Assembly (NCBI RefSeq): GCF_009914755.1
Contig: NC_060932.1
DNA: 64,000 nt
DNA from: the human T2T-CHM13v2.0 reference genome, Homo sapiens
Reading direction: 5' to 3' (one strand)
Made by a program: the position numbers and the translations under genes. A model generated the notes under the pieces. It saw nothing but the letters and a program-made list of their open reading frames with translations, had not been told where the DNA came from and made no database searches. How positions within the stretch are numbered: position 1 is the stretch's first letter; every line of letters starts with the position of its first letter. This document shows positions 22,409 to 36,016 of this stretch, in pieces.

Positions 22409-23384
22409 TGGTTTTCCTTTGCTTGGGTATGGTAGCACATCCTATGTCTATGTAAATGTCCCCAAACATTGATTGAGGTGAAAATTTCTGCTTCCACCCC
22501 TCTCCTTTTGCCTTGATTATGAGGGTGAGAGGGGAGCGGTAGGGGTGGGGGAGGAAGAGGGTGCAGCCGCAGGGTAGGAGAGACATCTGGGGCTTTACTA
22601 ACACAGGAACTCCGTCCTGGCTCATCCCAGTGGGCGGAGGTCAGGCAAGTTGGTATCCTGCCCCGCCTGCTGGCGGAGGCAGCTTATGGATTTGGTGACA
22701 GATTCCTCCCAAGAGATGAATGCAGCAATTGTATGCTTGGTGTAGAAAAGATTCCAGATAGAGGAGATGTTTTCAATGGCAATAACCCTGAGATAGAGTA
22801 TTTTCACTGAGTCAACAAACAGAGGTATCAGCGCCGGCTCCCTTTGATGGTCCTGTGAGCGCTTGTAAGCCTCCAAAGCTGTTCTTGGCACAGAGGGACC
22901 ATGTCTAAAAGCTTCCATTCTCCTCTTCATTGGAATCACCCCTCCTGCCTCCTGGAGGGATTCCTAACTCACATTCTTGGACAACAAAGGCAGTTAACGG
23001 AATCCTGGTGGGTAAGGTCCCAAAGCAGGGAGATAATTTTCACATAGCTCCACGGATGCCTCCCCCAGGCTCTGCAGTGGTTTTCAAAAACATCTGATGA
23101 CCAGATTAAAAGGGGTCTCTGAGGAGTTTAAGGGGTTTCATAGGGAGAAAGGCCCTCCTCACCTGGTTGTCAGAGTTTAAGAGGATCGCTAAGCACTTTT
23201 GGTCTGCAGAGATGGACTTGCAAATGTTTGCTTGGTGGCTGTTGGAAGGCGGAGGCAGGGCGGGTCAGGGAGGGGGTGGAGGGCCCAGAGAAGTCTTGTC
23301 TAGGGTTGTTCACAATGATGGGTGGCCGCACGCCAAGGTTTTATTTGATGCTGTTGATCACTAAATGTGAACAAGCAGTAACCA

Positions 23385-23673
23385 CTGGGCATTGTGGCTC
23401 ACGCCTGTAATTCCAGCACTTTGGGAGGCCAAGGTGGGAGGATCACTAGAGCCCAGGAGTTCAAGACCAGGCTGGGAAACACAGGGAGACCCCATGTCTT
23501 CAAAACATAAAAAAATTAGCCAGGCATGGTGGTGCACACCTGTAGTCCCAAGCTACTCGGGAAGCTGAGGCAGGAGGACTGCTTGAGCCCAGCGGAGTTG
23601 AGCTGCAGTGAGCCAAAATGGTGTCACTCCAGCCTGGGTGACACAGCAAGACCCTGTCTCTAAAAAAGAAAAA
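23385..23673 (+). mobile_element. AluJ
   Basis: Alu consensus with 'gcccaggagttcaagacc'. Confidence 0.93.
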
Positions 23674-24209
23674 GCAATGACTGTGAAGCAGTCTGGCCAG
23701 CCAGAATGTGATGGGGTGGGAGTTGAGGGTGAGATTTGGAAATTGGAAGCGGGGACGGTGCTGGCCTGGAAACATCTGGGGAGAAAATTACCCTGTCTTT
23801 TAGAAGCATCTTCCATCCTGCCTTAGAATTTTTTTTTTGGGGGGGGGTGCACAAAGTGAGTTTTATTTTTCATAATCATAGAAATAATTTTTAGAATATC
23901 CCAGGGCACACTGGAGAATTTGGCAGTCTGACTGGGGGGTCCCGTCAGACACCCACAGGCTGGTACATGGGTGCAGGGTACCTGGGTTCACGGTGTGGCT
24001 TGTGGCTCAGGCGCATCTTGTGGGTGGCTCTTCCTCCACATCAGCACTGCAGGCTCGAGGAGGACAGGGGGTACCTTCCAGGCTCTTAGGAAGTTTCACT
24101 CTACTTCCGCTCAGTGGTCTCTGGTCGGCCGAGTGTTCTCCTGAGTCTCTCTTTTCTTCAGCTTGACCTTACCAAAGCCAGCGATTTCCCCTATGTCCAG
24201 TTTGTCATT

Positions 24210-24515
24210 TTGTTTGTTTGTTTATTATTTATTTGAGGCAAAATCTTGCTCTGTCATCCACGCTGGAGTGCAGAGGTGTGATCATAGCTCACTGCAGTCT
24301 CCAATGCCTGGGCTCAAGTGACCCTCCTGCCTCAGCCTCCCAAGTAGCCGGGATTATAAGCATGCACCGCCATGCCTAGTTAATGTTTTAATTTTTGGTA
24401 TTGACGGGGTCTTATTATGTTGCCCAGGCTGGTCTTGAACTCCTGACCTCAAGCAATCCTCCCGCCTCTGCTTCCCAAAGCATTGGGATTACAGGCATGA
24501 GCTACTGAGCTTGGC
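24210..24515 (-). mobile_element. AluJ
   Basis: Alu consensus. Confidence 0.93.
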
Positions 24516-26046
24516 CTGCTATGTTCTCAAAACAATCCATGGAGCCCGCTCTGTGCCCTGGCTCTGGGTGCTCCCACTGGTTCGGCTGCAGTAGGAGACC
24601 GCCTTAGCGGGTAACCCAACCCTGGATTTTCTGGTACTATCAGAGCCGGCTCAGGGAACCCACCGTCAGCCCCCAGGCTCTCTCCGGCCTGTGGTTGGTG
24701 TCCCCAGGCCGGTGTCCCCAGGCCAGTGTCCTCTTGGTGACACCACAGTCAGGCAGGGCAACATGGCAGCTCCCAGGGGTAGGGGAGCGAGGTCAGAAAC
24801 AGAAGCTGTAATTAAATCTTTTTTTACCCACCCTCATCCCCAGCAGGAAGTTATTCTTGGTGCTCAGCGAGGGGGAAGGAGGGGCGGGATGTGAGCAAAA
24901 CGGCTGCTTTTGACCTCATGGCCTTCCTGGCGATTGGGTGGAGAGGTTTTTAAAGATCGAGGAAGAGATTTCCTTGAGCATCTTCTGAAAATAGAGACTG
25001 GGGCCTCTAGTTTGGCTCTTTCTGGACTCGACTTCTACTTTTTGGACAGAGAGAAGGCCAAAGCCCCAGCCTGGGCACTCGATGCCTAATCCCGTCGGCT
25101 GCAGCTTCCCTGGTGCCTTCCCTTGGACATGGGTTGGGCTTGGACGGGGACAGTGTACTGGGGAGATGAGTGGGGCAATTCCCCCTAGGTGGGTGGAGGC
25201 AGAGGTGGCTGTGGCCAGCGAGCAGCTTGAGTTTTCCAAATTGGTGGCTTTTGTTTGGGCAGAGCAGGCCTTGAAAACCCGCTCCAGCATCAGCACCTCC
25301 TCCTCCTCTTCCCCTGGGGTCAGACAAGGGCCCAGGACCCAGGCCTGCAGACGCTGAGTGGGAAGGCAGAGGCAGAGCATTAGCAGCATCACCAGCACTT
25401 CCTTCCGGGCTTTTCTTCCAGGGGCCCTTGGGAGGAGCCCCGTTCCTCCTCCCGCATCCCCCTGTGCATTCTCCGCTCTATCAATTCCTCAGCCCTCTCC
25501 TCTTCCCCCCAAAACTAGAGCCAGGGCCAAGGAAGTGTAGCCAAGAGGATGACTTGGTTTGGTCTCCTGTGGAAAAGATTCCAGCATCTCCCATTCAACA
25601 AAAGCCAAAGTCTACAAGAAATAGGACGTGAGGTTCCAGTTCTTGGAACAGGGACTGCAAACCCTTCACCTTCAAGAAGAAAAATTACCAGACATGAAGG
25701 GAGCTACCTCCAAGGCGAAGACTTAGGATCCCATTCTGCTCCAGCTACTCTTTGGGGCTGCATTCTCTTTCACTTGTATTTTTTAAAAAATAAAAATCCA
25801 GTCTCCATTTCATCAGGATCATCTGTCCCCTTCAGTTTCTTCGTTTTTAAGCTCCCACTCCCTACCACCTGTGGAGCCAGCTGGATACTGCAGCATTTCC
25901 CACACAAGTACCTGCAATTTCCTTCTCACAATTCGTAGGTGGTTCATAGGTGGTCACTCAGACTGTGGCAGTGCATTGTGACATCACTGGCACCTCAGAG
26001 GTGGATGAATGGCAGGGGGAGGGGAGGAGAGAAGAGAGTTCCGCAG

Positions 26047-26241
26047 GCCCTTCTCCTGGTGGATGGTGGCCATAGTGGATGGTGGCCTTCTTCTGGTGGA
26101 TAGTGGCCTCCTCCTGGTGGATGGTGGCCTTCTTCTGGTGGATAGTGGCCTTCTCCTGGTGGATGGTGGCCACAGTGGATGGTAGCCTTCTCCTGGTGGA
26201 TGGTGGCCACAGTGGATGGTGGCCTTCTACTGATGGATGGT
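26047..26241. repeat. Minisatellite of 21-bp (ggccttctcctggtggatggt) and 16-bp (ggccayagtggatggt) units
   Basis: Parsed as L-S-L-L-L-L-S-L-S-L (7x21 + 3x16 = 195 bp). Confidence 0.95.
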
Positions 26242-26789
26242 GGCTGTGGCTGTCCAGGCCTGTTCTCACATCCATAGTGCCTCCCCTGTCACCCTCTATA
26301 TCAATCACTCCCCAGCCCTGCTCTCTTATCCTCTTTAGTATCTTGCTTTGTCCTCTTCTGACCGTTGCCTGCCCCCACCACCTTTGCCAAGGCCACCCAG
26401 ACACCTGCCATCACCTTCCCATTGCTCTTCCCACCTGCTCTCTTGCTCCTTCACTACACCCCACACCGAGGCCACAGTGATTTTTCTAAACTTCACTGTG
26501 GCTGTGCCATCCCCTGCTCGAAGCCCTCCAGCAGTTTCCGCAGCCTTCAGGACTATGTCCAAGAGGCTCAGGGGGACTCTACTGAGAGCTGCTAGAATTT
26601 GGTCCCAGCTCACGGCTCTTCATCTTCTGCTGCCTCCAATTCTTGCACTAGATTCCTGCTTTTCTCCATCAGAATGTGCTGTCAAACTTGCCTCTGGATC
26701 TCTGCACAGGACCCTCCTGTTGCCAGGACACCCCTCCTTACCAATGTGTGTGGTGTGAGTGCATGCACTAGTACACATGCATGGTATCA

Positions 26790-27040
26790 TACACATCCTG
26801 TCTAAAGCCCATGTGTGCATACATGTGTCCTATCTAAAGCCTATGCATGGATACATATGTCCTGTCTAAAGCCTATGCATGCATACATGTGTCCTATCTA
26901 AAGCCTCTGCATGTATACACGCACACACCCACATTCTAACTAAAACCCATGCATGTATACACGTACACCCATGTGTCCTAGCTAAAGCCTATGCATGCAT
27001 ACATGTGCACACACACATCTTATCTGAAGTCCATGCATGG
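26790..27040. repeat. Minisatellite, 7 copies of core cctatctaaagcctatgcatg, period 32 then 42 bp
   Basis: Core anchors at 26801, 26833, 26865, 26897, 26939, 26981, 27023. Confidence 0.92.
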
Positions 27041-27199
27041 TTTGATGCTCTTCAACGATTGCCAGTTTTCCAGGAAGAATTTCCTCATAGATCTCCCCCA
27101 TCCCACCTTACACACACATTCAATGTTGTTGTTCCTTGGCCTCTCTATAGTTTTTGCTGCTGTTGTCTACTTCCTCTTTCTTGAGAACTCTCACCTGTG

Positions 27200-27770
27200 T
27201 TATTTTGTATTGTGATTGCCTCCCTCATGCCCAGTATTTCTGTCTTTTGGTAATAAGGTAACTCCTGTACCCTGCTTTTACTTGAGGAATCTACCCCTCT
27301 GTCTATGTGCTTTGTGGAAAATCAACTCTATCCTAAGCTCCAAGTCTGGGGAAAATGGCTTTGGCATAAGCAATAAAAGCCATAGAAATTGGTTCAGAGG
27401 TGAAGATGTTACCAAATTCAAGACAATCAGTTTGGGAAAAAAATTTATTTGCAGTTTCTAGGTAAGATGTTTCTTTGATGTACTGAGAGGTCTCTGGGTA
27501 TGATGGCCTGTTCCCCCTGGATTTGGAGGGGGAAGTAAGAAACCTGGGCGTTTTGGCCACTGACATTATAATAAAGCTAATCCTGCAGAAGGCAGAGCTG
27601 AAGGACAGAGAGAAACTGGATCCTTGATGCCATTGGTAGAGCGGTTGAATCAAATTGAACCTGAAGCCAGATCTGGCCCTGTGTTTCCAGTCACATGTCC
27701 CTGTAAATCACTTTTACTATTTAGGTCAGTTTGAATTGGCTTTGTTGTTACACGCGGAAAAGTCCTAATG
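27200..27770 (+). mobile_element. Old MaLR LTR (MLT1K/J-like)
   Basis: 'attggttcagaggtg...accaaattca', 'gaatcaaattgaacctgaagccag', 'gtcagtttgaattggctttgttgttac...aaagtcctaa'. Confidence 0.6.
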
Positions 27771-27967
27771 CACTCCCTCTTTTTCTGCCCTGATTTTTTC
27801 TTCTCTCTCTTATTGTTCCTTTCCCCTTCCCTTTCTGTTATATGAGGGTGTGCCTCTGTGACTTATCCTCATTGTCATTTACAAACTGAATGACCTCATT
27901 TATGACTGCAGTTTGCCATTGTCTTCCAAATCTGTAATGTTCAAGGTCTAGGCAGGAATACCTAACA

Positions 27968-28534
<567 letters not shown>

Positions 28535-31500
28535 TGATGCCCCTTCCTGAACCCATCAGATCGGCCCCTCTGTCCCATCCCCACCTTCACTGCTTTGGTT
28601 CAGGTGCCCATCACCTCTCACTAGACAACGGCAGGTCCTCCAACATGGTGTCCTCCAGTCGCCCCCCCTCACCGTGGCCAGGCATTTTCCAACACGTACA
28701 TCTGACCACTCACGGCCCCTGCCTGAAGCCCTTTGGTGGGTTCCCCTTTTCTTTCTGAGCTCCAGCTTCCAGAATCATCGCTGTGCCAGTTCTTCTAATC
28801 TTCTGGAAGGTTCTAGGTGTTGCTTCCAGGCCTTTGCCTTGCTGTCTCTCCTGTGTTTAGCCTTGCCCTCCTCCTCCCCATTCCCCTTTCTCCAGGTGAG
28901 CTCTTCCTGTCTCGAGGCCGGGGTGCTCCTCCTGTGTCCAAGGAGACTTCCATGCCGACTCCTCTCCTGGTTTACCCTGTGTTAGGTTTTGAGGCTGTGA
29001 GCTTTTTGAGGGTAAGGACAGAGACCCCCAGCCTCCCCCACGATGTCCCACCCTCAAAGTGCCAACTCTACCGCCTGCCACTGCAGCTGTGAGCTCAGGG
29101 AGGATAATGTGGCCCTTACCTCTGTACCTCAGTCCACAGCTCAGCACTTGGCCCATAGGAAGTGCTCACTAGACAGTCAGCGAAGTGAATGAAAGGACAA
29201 ATGAAGGAATGAGTGGACTGGAGCTCGGGCCTGGGTGCTTCCCCCGGGAGCCCACTCCCTGCAGTGGCGACCTTGTCTGTGAGGGCAGCAGCCGGAGCTG
29301 AGCCTCCCCTGTAGGGAGAACACTGTAAAGTATCTAAGGCCTTCCTGGGGTGCTCCCCCATGCCTAGGGTCACTGCAGGTGATGATTCCAAGGAGTGACT
29401 CTCCTCTCCAGGTTGAGACGGGAGGGAGCGGCAGTGAGGACCCTGGAGGTCACCCCGGTAGCAGCTGCAGGTGTGAAGAGGAACCAGGAGTTATTGTCCT
29501 CACTACCAGGTTCACTAGGGGGAATTCTGGGGCAGTGAAGACCACTTTGATCCCTAGAATTCCCAGGAAAATGCTTTTTGCTGCCTTTGGGGCAGATACA
29601 GGGAAACTTCTAGGCTATTAGGGGTGCCAGGAAGGGGAGTAGAGACAGGCGCTTTAGAAGGAAAGAAGCTCTGTTTGTCCTCTCTGCCCCTCCCCTATTC
29701 AAGGGCCTGGCGCCGCCTCCCTCATGAGGCCTTCCCTGACCACCAGCTGCCCCCCACCGGCCCCCCACCGGCCCCCACCGCCTCACCCCGCCACCGTCAC
29801 TCCCTTTGGTTTGGGGGAGTGGGCCACTCCCTTTCTCTTTTAGGCGGGTCTGGAGGCCTGCGTGCTTGAGGCTTCCACATGCTTATGGGTTCAAAGCGGG
29901 AATGTAGGCGTGGGGGAGCCTGGCTCTGATCAGCTGATCCCAGGGCAGCCACGGCTGGCAAGAGGGCACCAGTTTTGAATTATGAGTTCTGAATGATGAT
30001 GGAAACGACTGATAATAACAACCACATGATGGGGACCCACTGTGATGCCTTAATCCTCTCTCCAGCAGGCCATCTTAATGAGGTTGCGTTCTGTGGGGCA
30101 GGCGGGATTTTCAATGAGTGTCTGAGAGCCCCCACCTCCAGCTCCTCCTCCCACTCCTGCAGTCGGACGTGGCAGGAGACTTCTCAGCATGGCCTCAGCC
30201 TCAGCCTCAGCCTCAGCGGCAGGGTACTCAGAGGGCCTGGGGGAGGGGAGGCAGGAGGCAGAGCTCTGACACTCCGCAGTAGTACCACCCTTCCCTGTGC
30301 TCCCACCCATCGTGCAGGGGAGGCCTTGCTTTCTGGTCACCAGGGAAGCGAGGAGGCATCGGCCCAGGACAGTAGAGAGCTGGGGCAGGAAGGAGCCTGG
30401 GAGAAGCAGAAGTCAATAAGCAGCAGATCAGGAGCCATGTGGAGCAGCCTCCGTCTGCCCGGCAGCCCAGATGTGGCTTCAGTGACTGCCCAGGGCCTCT
30501 CTCCACTCCGGTGGCTGCTGTGCTCCTGCCCAGGGCCCACGGGTGCAGTAGCTGTGTGTCATCCCTGCCCTTCCTCCTCTCCCTCCCTGTCTCCCTCCTC
30601 CCTGCCTCCTTCCTGCCTTCACCATCTCTAAGCACCTACCTTTATCTCCAAGGAAGAAAGCTCATAGAATGACTATTTCCAGGGACATTTGAATTTTATG
30701 AGTGCTTCTCAAGCCCCAAAGGCAAAGGGAATGAAATCATATTCGTGGAATCTGACAGGCTGTTTTGGAGGGGACTAGAAGACAGGAGGGCCTCCTAGGC
30801 TCCATTCTGAATAGACACGCCTAGATCATCCCTCCCTCCCTCCTTCCTCGTTTCTCTTCCAGGGGTTTCCCTGGGCTAGGCCCTGGGCTTGACACTGGGA
30901 TGCAAAGGGACTGAGTCCTGGCCTGAAGGAAGGCCTCGCTCCTGCCAACCCTGCAGAAAGTGCTGCTTTTCCCAGAGGAGAGAGCAGGGCTCCTGCTGGA
31001 GATGGCGTTGGGAGTGAATTCTCTACTCTCTCATGGTCTGTCTGATGAGCTCCCTCTGGAGTCGGTTCAGCCCTGGTGAACCGGGGGTTCCCAGTCCCAG
31101 TTTCCTTAGAGTCAGCTTTGTCAGGGCTCTGGCGACTGTGGAAGGATTTGTGGCTAGAGGCTGAGCCCAGGGCCTGGTGGACTGACCGAACCAGGGCCTG
31201 GTTTAAGTGTGGTCAGGCTCCTGTGCACGCTCAGAGCTGGGGACAGGGGGACCTCTGATGTCCTCCCTAAGACACAGTGAGACCCAGAACCTCTCAGCTC
31301 TGTGCTCCCCTGGCTTTGGTGACTTGGAAAAGGCTGGTGAGGGGTAAAAAACAGAGAGTTTGGTCTGGCCCCAGGCAGGTTCCCTGAGCAGCTGCAGGCT
31401 GTGGCTTCTTGTTCTCTGTGGGCCTGAATGCAGCCGGTGAAGTGAGCCCTCAATCCCAGGACAGCTCTGCCAGCGCTCACCAGCCCCTGCACACAGTCCC

Positions 31501-31560
31501 ACAAGGAGATTCTGCTCTGTCCTCATCCTGTCTCTGAAGACCCTTCCTCTCTGTGGCCCA

Positions 31561-31703
31561 CAGGACTGGCTACATAATTTGCTAAGCCCAGTACAAAATG
31601 AAAATGCAAGATTCCTTCTTAAAAAATTAAGAATCTCAAGATAGCAACAGCAGAACATTAAACCAAGTGTGGGGCCCTTCTGAATGCCACAGAGCCAGCT
31701 CTG
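31561..31703 (+). mobile_element. MER45A-like hAT DNA transposon fossil
   Basis: 'caggactggctacataatttgc...aaaatgaaaatgc...gcagaacattaaaccaagtgtggggcccttctga'; 8-bp flanks gtggccca/gctgccca. Confidence 0.8.
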
Positions 31704-31955
31704 GCTGCCCAATATTTACTTCTCAAAGGGAGACTGTGGAAACATCATGGGAACAACTCTAAATGGGAATTCTCAGGCCCTGGTGACAGGCGGCAGAGGA
31801 GTTAGGCCCACCTGATACTCTCAAATTGCACCCTGGGGACTAGGGACCACCCACACCAATTCCCACCGTAAAAGGTAGCTTCTTTTGCTTTTCCTCTTTC
31901 CTGTATTCTGCTGTGGGTATTATTCCTGTATTTCATGTCAGGGGTACAAGGAAGG

Positions 31956-31958
<3 letters not shown>

Positions 31959-32008
<50 letters not shown>
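31959..32008. repeat. (GT)25 microsatellite
   Basis: Counted directly; perfect repeat. Confidence 0.98.
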
Positions 32009-32009
<1 letters not shown>

Positions 32010-32586
32010 GGAGAGAGAGGAGCAGGTGGAGGAGGAAGGATGGGATGGAGTTTGGTTTTCTATTAACCTCTGTCCCACTGCTGTTCCTTCGGGGTGTGTT
32101 GTGTGCAGTTCTTGTTGTTCCGGTGACCCACGGCTCCAGGTACAGTCTCTTTCCTGCTTTCTCCTCTCCACAGTGGACCCTGCTCATCCTCCCAGCTGCT
32201 TGGAAGGGAAGATAAACACTGCAGAGTGCAGGAGCGCTCATGCTGAGAGCAGAGAGAGAGGTTTAATGGGCTTGTTATCAGGCACCTGCTGAGCAGTCCT
32301 TCTCCCAAGAAGACAGGACTCAGAGATAAATGACCTGGCCTGAGCAGCCTCCTGGTGAGAAGAGAAATGCCTGGAACAGGAAGTGGTGAATCCATAGACC
32401 AGGCAGGTCATAGGGGCAGGCAAAGATTTGCGGGGAGAAAAGCAGCCCTCCTTCTGTACAGTTGTCAACCATCCAAGGTACCAATCAATCTAGAAATATT
32501 TGCTGCAGGTCTTCTGGGCTCCCAGTGTTGTAGAGAATGCAGAGAGGTACCCATCTGGTCCCTGCCTCCAATGAGCTCACCATCTA

Positions 32587-33345
<759 letters not shown>

Positions 33346-33489
33346 CTATTAAAGAGATAGGTTTCGAGTTGCATCTTGAGGATTTGGATTGTGAGGAGCT
33401 GGAGAAAGTGGGGTGTCAGGCAATGCAGGGTAGAGATTGAACGCTGACATGTTGGTGTTAGGATGACATGGTTTAACATGATGGCTGAA

Positions 33490-34290
33490 CTTGGAATAGC
33501 TGTGTGGCTAGGTGTAGGTCACTTAATCTTTTGAAACTCCATTTTTCCATATGTAAGATGGGGATGAATAGTACCTACTTCATAGGATTGTTGTAAGGTT
33601 TACCTAAAATATCCCCTGCAGGGAAAACACAGTTTTGCTGAAAATCCAACTCATAAAAGGCAGATTACCTGGAGAAAAGGCATACAAATTTATTGGATGT
33701 GTATACAGGGGAGCTTTCAGAATGAAGACCCAAGGATACAGGGCTAATTGTCCATTTTTATGCTCAGGTTCAATAAAGTATGGACAGTGGTGCAGAAATA
33801 TGATGGACAAAAAAAGGCTGATCTAATGCTGATAGATTAGTTATTATGAGTGGGAAAACCCAACAAAGCCTGTCTAGATTCTTCTTGGCCTCTCTGAGCA
33901 GCTTCCTTTCCATCTGTGTATGGAGCAGGACTTTCTCTAAAATGAAGGTCTTATGACCTACAGTCAAACAAGGTAGGTCAGATAATTTCTTTATGGCCAG
34001 TTTTTACATGGAAAGGTGAAGGGAAAGTTGGATTAATGTTTTTAGGTTTTATGGCTGGTTTTGGGGAAAAGAGGTTCTAGTTTCTATGACCTGCTCTAGT
34101 TTCTATGGCTAAGTTTGGGGGTAGAATGGACTAAGTAAGAGACAGGAGAGCAGGAGAAGATCAGAGAAAAATGTTTGCTTTTTAGGTCTTTATTTTGGGG
34201 TATTGTTTTCTGAGTCCCAACACCTCCATAAAGCACTTAGCATGGTGCCTGGCATATAGTAGATGCTCAATAAAGGGTGACATCTTTTAT
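33490..34290 (+). mobile_element. MIR split by an LTR
   Basis: MIR core 'tgtaagatggggatgaatagtacctacttcataggattgttgtaagg' resumes after the LTR as 'taaagcacttagcatggtgcctggcatatagtagatgctcaataaa'. Confidence 0.85.
33617..34222 (-). mobile_element. ERV1 solo LTR, MER39B-like
   Basis: Reverse complement starts tgttgggactcagaaaacaataccccaaaat; homologous to 40347-40979; 4-bp flanks cccc/cctc. Confidence 0.8.
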
Positions 34291-34710
34291 TATTAACTAC
34301 CAAGACATAAAGCAGGAAAGCTCAATAGGTTTGAGTGAAAGACAATGGTTTCTGCTTCACTAGAGAAAAATGGAGTTCAGGAAAAAGAAGGCTTTACATT
34401 TTATGATGGGGCTAGACTTGTCTTGAATGCCAGGTTTGGAAAATGAGGTTTTGTGGAAGAGGAGATAACAAGACTTAAGTGACTCTTGGGGATCTTGGAG
34501 GGTTATTCCTTTTCTTGTAACTAGTTCTGTCAAGTCATTCTCACATTGATATTAGAATATATATAGTGTCCCTTTGTGTGCACTGTACACTTTCTTCCAA
34601 TTTTTTAAATTTTCAAATGTCATGAATGTCATCTAAATTTGTAAATAACCAGGAAATATTTGGGCTGCAAGAGCAAAGGGAGTATTAGAAATGAAAAAAA
34701 AAAAGAAAAA

Positions 34711-35003
34711 GGCTGAGTGCAGTGGCTCATACCTGCAATCCCAGCACTTTGGGCAGCTGAGGTGGGCAGTTCACCTGAGGTCAGGAGTTCGAGACCAGCT
34801 TGGCCAACATGGTGAAATCCCATCTCTACTAAAAATACAAAAATTAGCTGGGTGCGGTGGCGCTTCCTGTAATCCCAGCTACTCAGGAGACTGAGGCGGA
34901 GAATCACTTGAACCCAGGAGGCGGAGGTTGCACAGTGAGCCGAGATTGCACCACTGTACTCCAGCCTGGGCGACAGAGCAAGACTCTGTCTCAAAAAAAA
35001 AAA
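34711..35003 (+). mobile_element. AluSx
   Basis: Alu consensus. Confidence 0.95.
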
Positions 35004-35428
35004 GACCCTAGAAATTTTAAAAAATTATGTTGATTCAAGAGTTTGCCTGGATTTTGCTTGCAGTAAGGGATAAGAAAGTATGAAAAGGTGTGCTGTTCCC
35101 AATTCTGCTTCCCAGTGGGGGCTGCCTGGGGAGCCAGGAGGAGCTCCTTGCCATTCTCTGAGCTCTTTAGAGTTGTAATACTCAAGAAAGGTATTTCTTT
35201 ATACAGGACCTTCACAACAGGCCTCCTTTCTAGAAGGTGGCCTAGAAATAGACATTAAAATGTAAAATATGCAACTCCTTTGCCCAGGCATCTCTCTACT
35301 TCTGGGAATTTATCTTAAGAAAATAATCAAGAAGAATATCTGTTTTTGACTTGTTTAAAATAGCGAAGACATGAAAACAGCTTAAATATCCATTTACATG
35401 GTATTGATTTTTTAAAATGGAAGTTTTG

Positions 35429-36016
<588 letters not shown>

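Noticed and set aside
24916-25398. 160-aa ORF with a signal-peptide-like N-terminus (MLVMLLMLCLCLP) and an E-run
   Set aside because: No homology recognised; the hydrophobic start comes from short CAG/CAT-like repeats; no supporting gene structure. PhyloCSF or Ribo-seq would settle it.
25958-26480. Repetitive His/Pro or Trp-rich ORFs
   Set aside because: Minisatellite translations; the 16-bp units shift the frame
26790-27040. CRISPR-like repeat-spacer appearance
   Set aside because: The 'spacers' are related low-complexity RY sequence, the repeats are degenerate, there are no cas genes, and the DNA is human
29993-30631. Longest ORF in the window (212 aa)
   Set aside because: Low-complexity S/G/L/P composition including a (CTCAGC)n run; no domain or splice support
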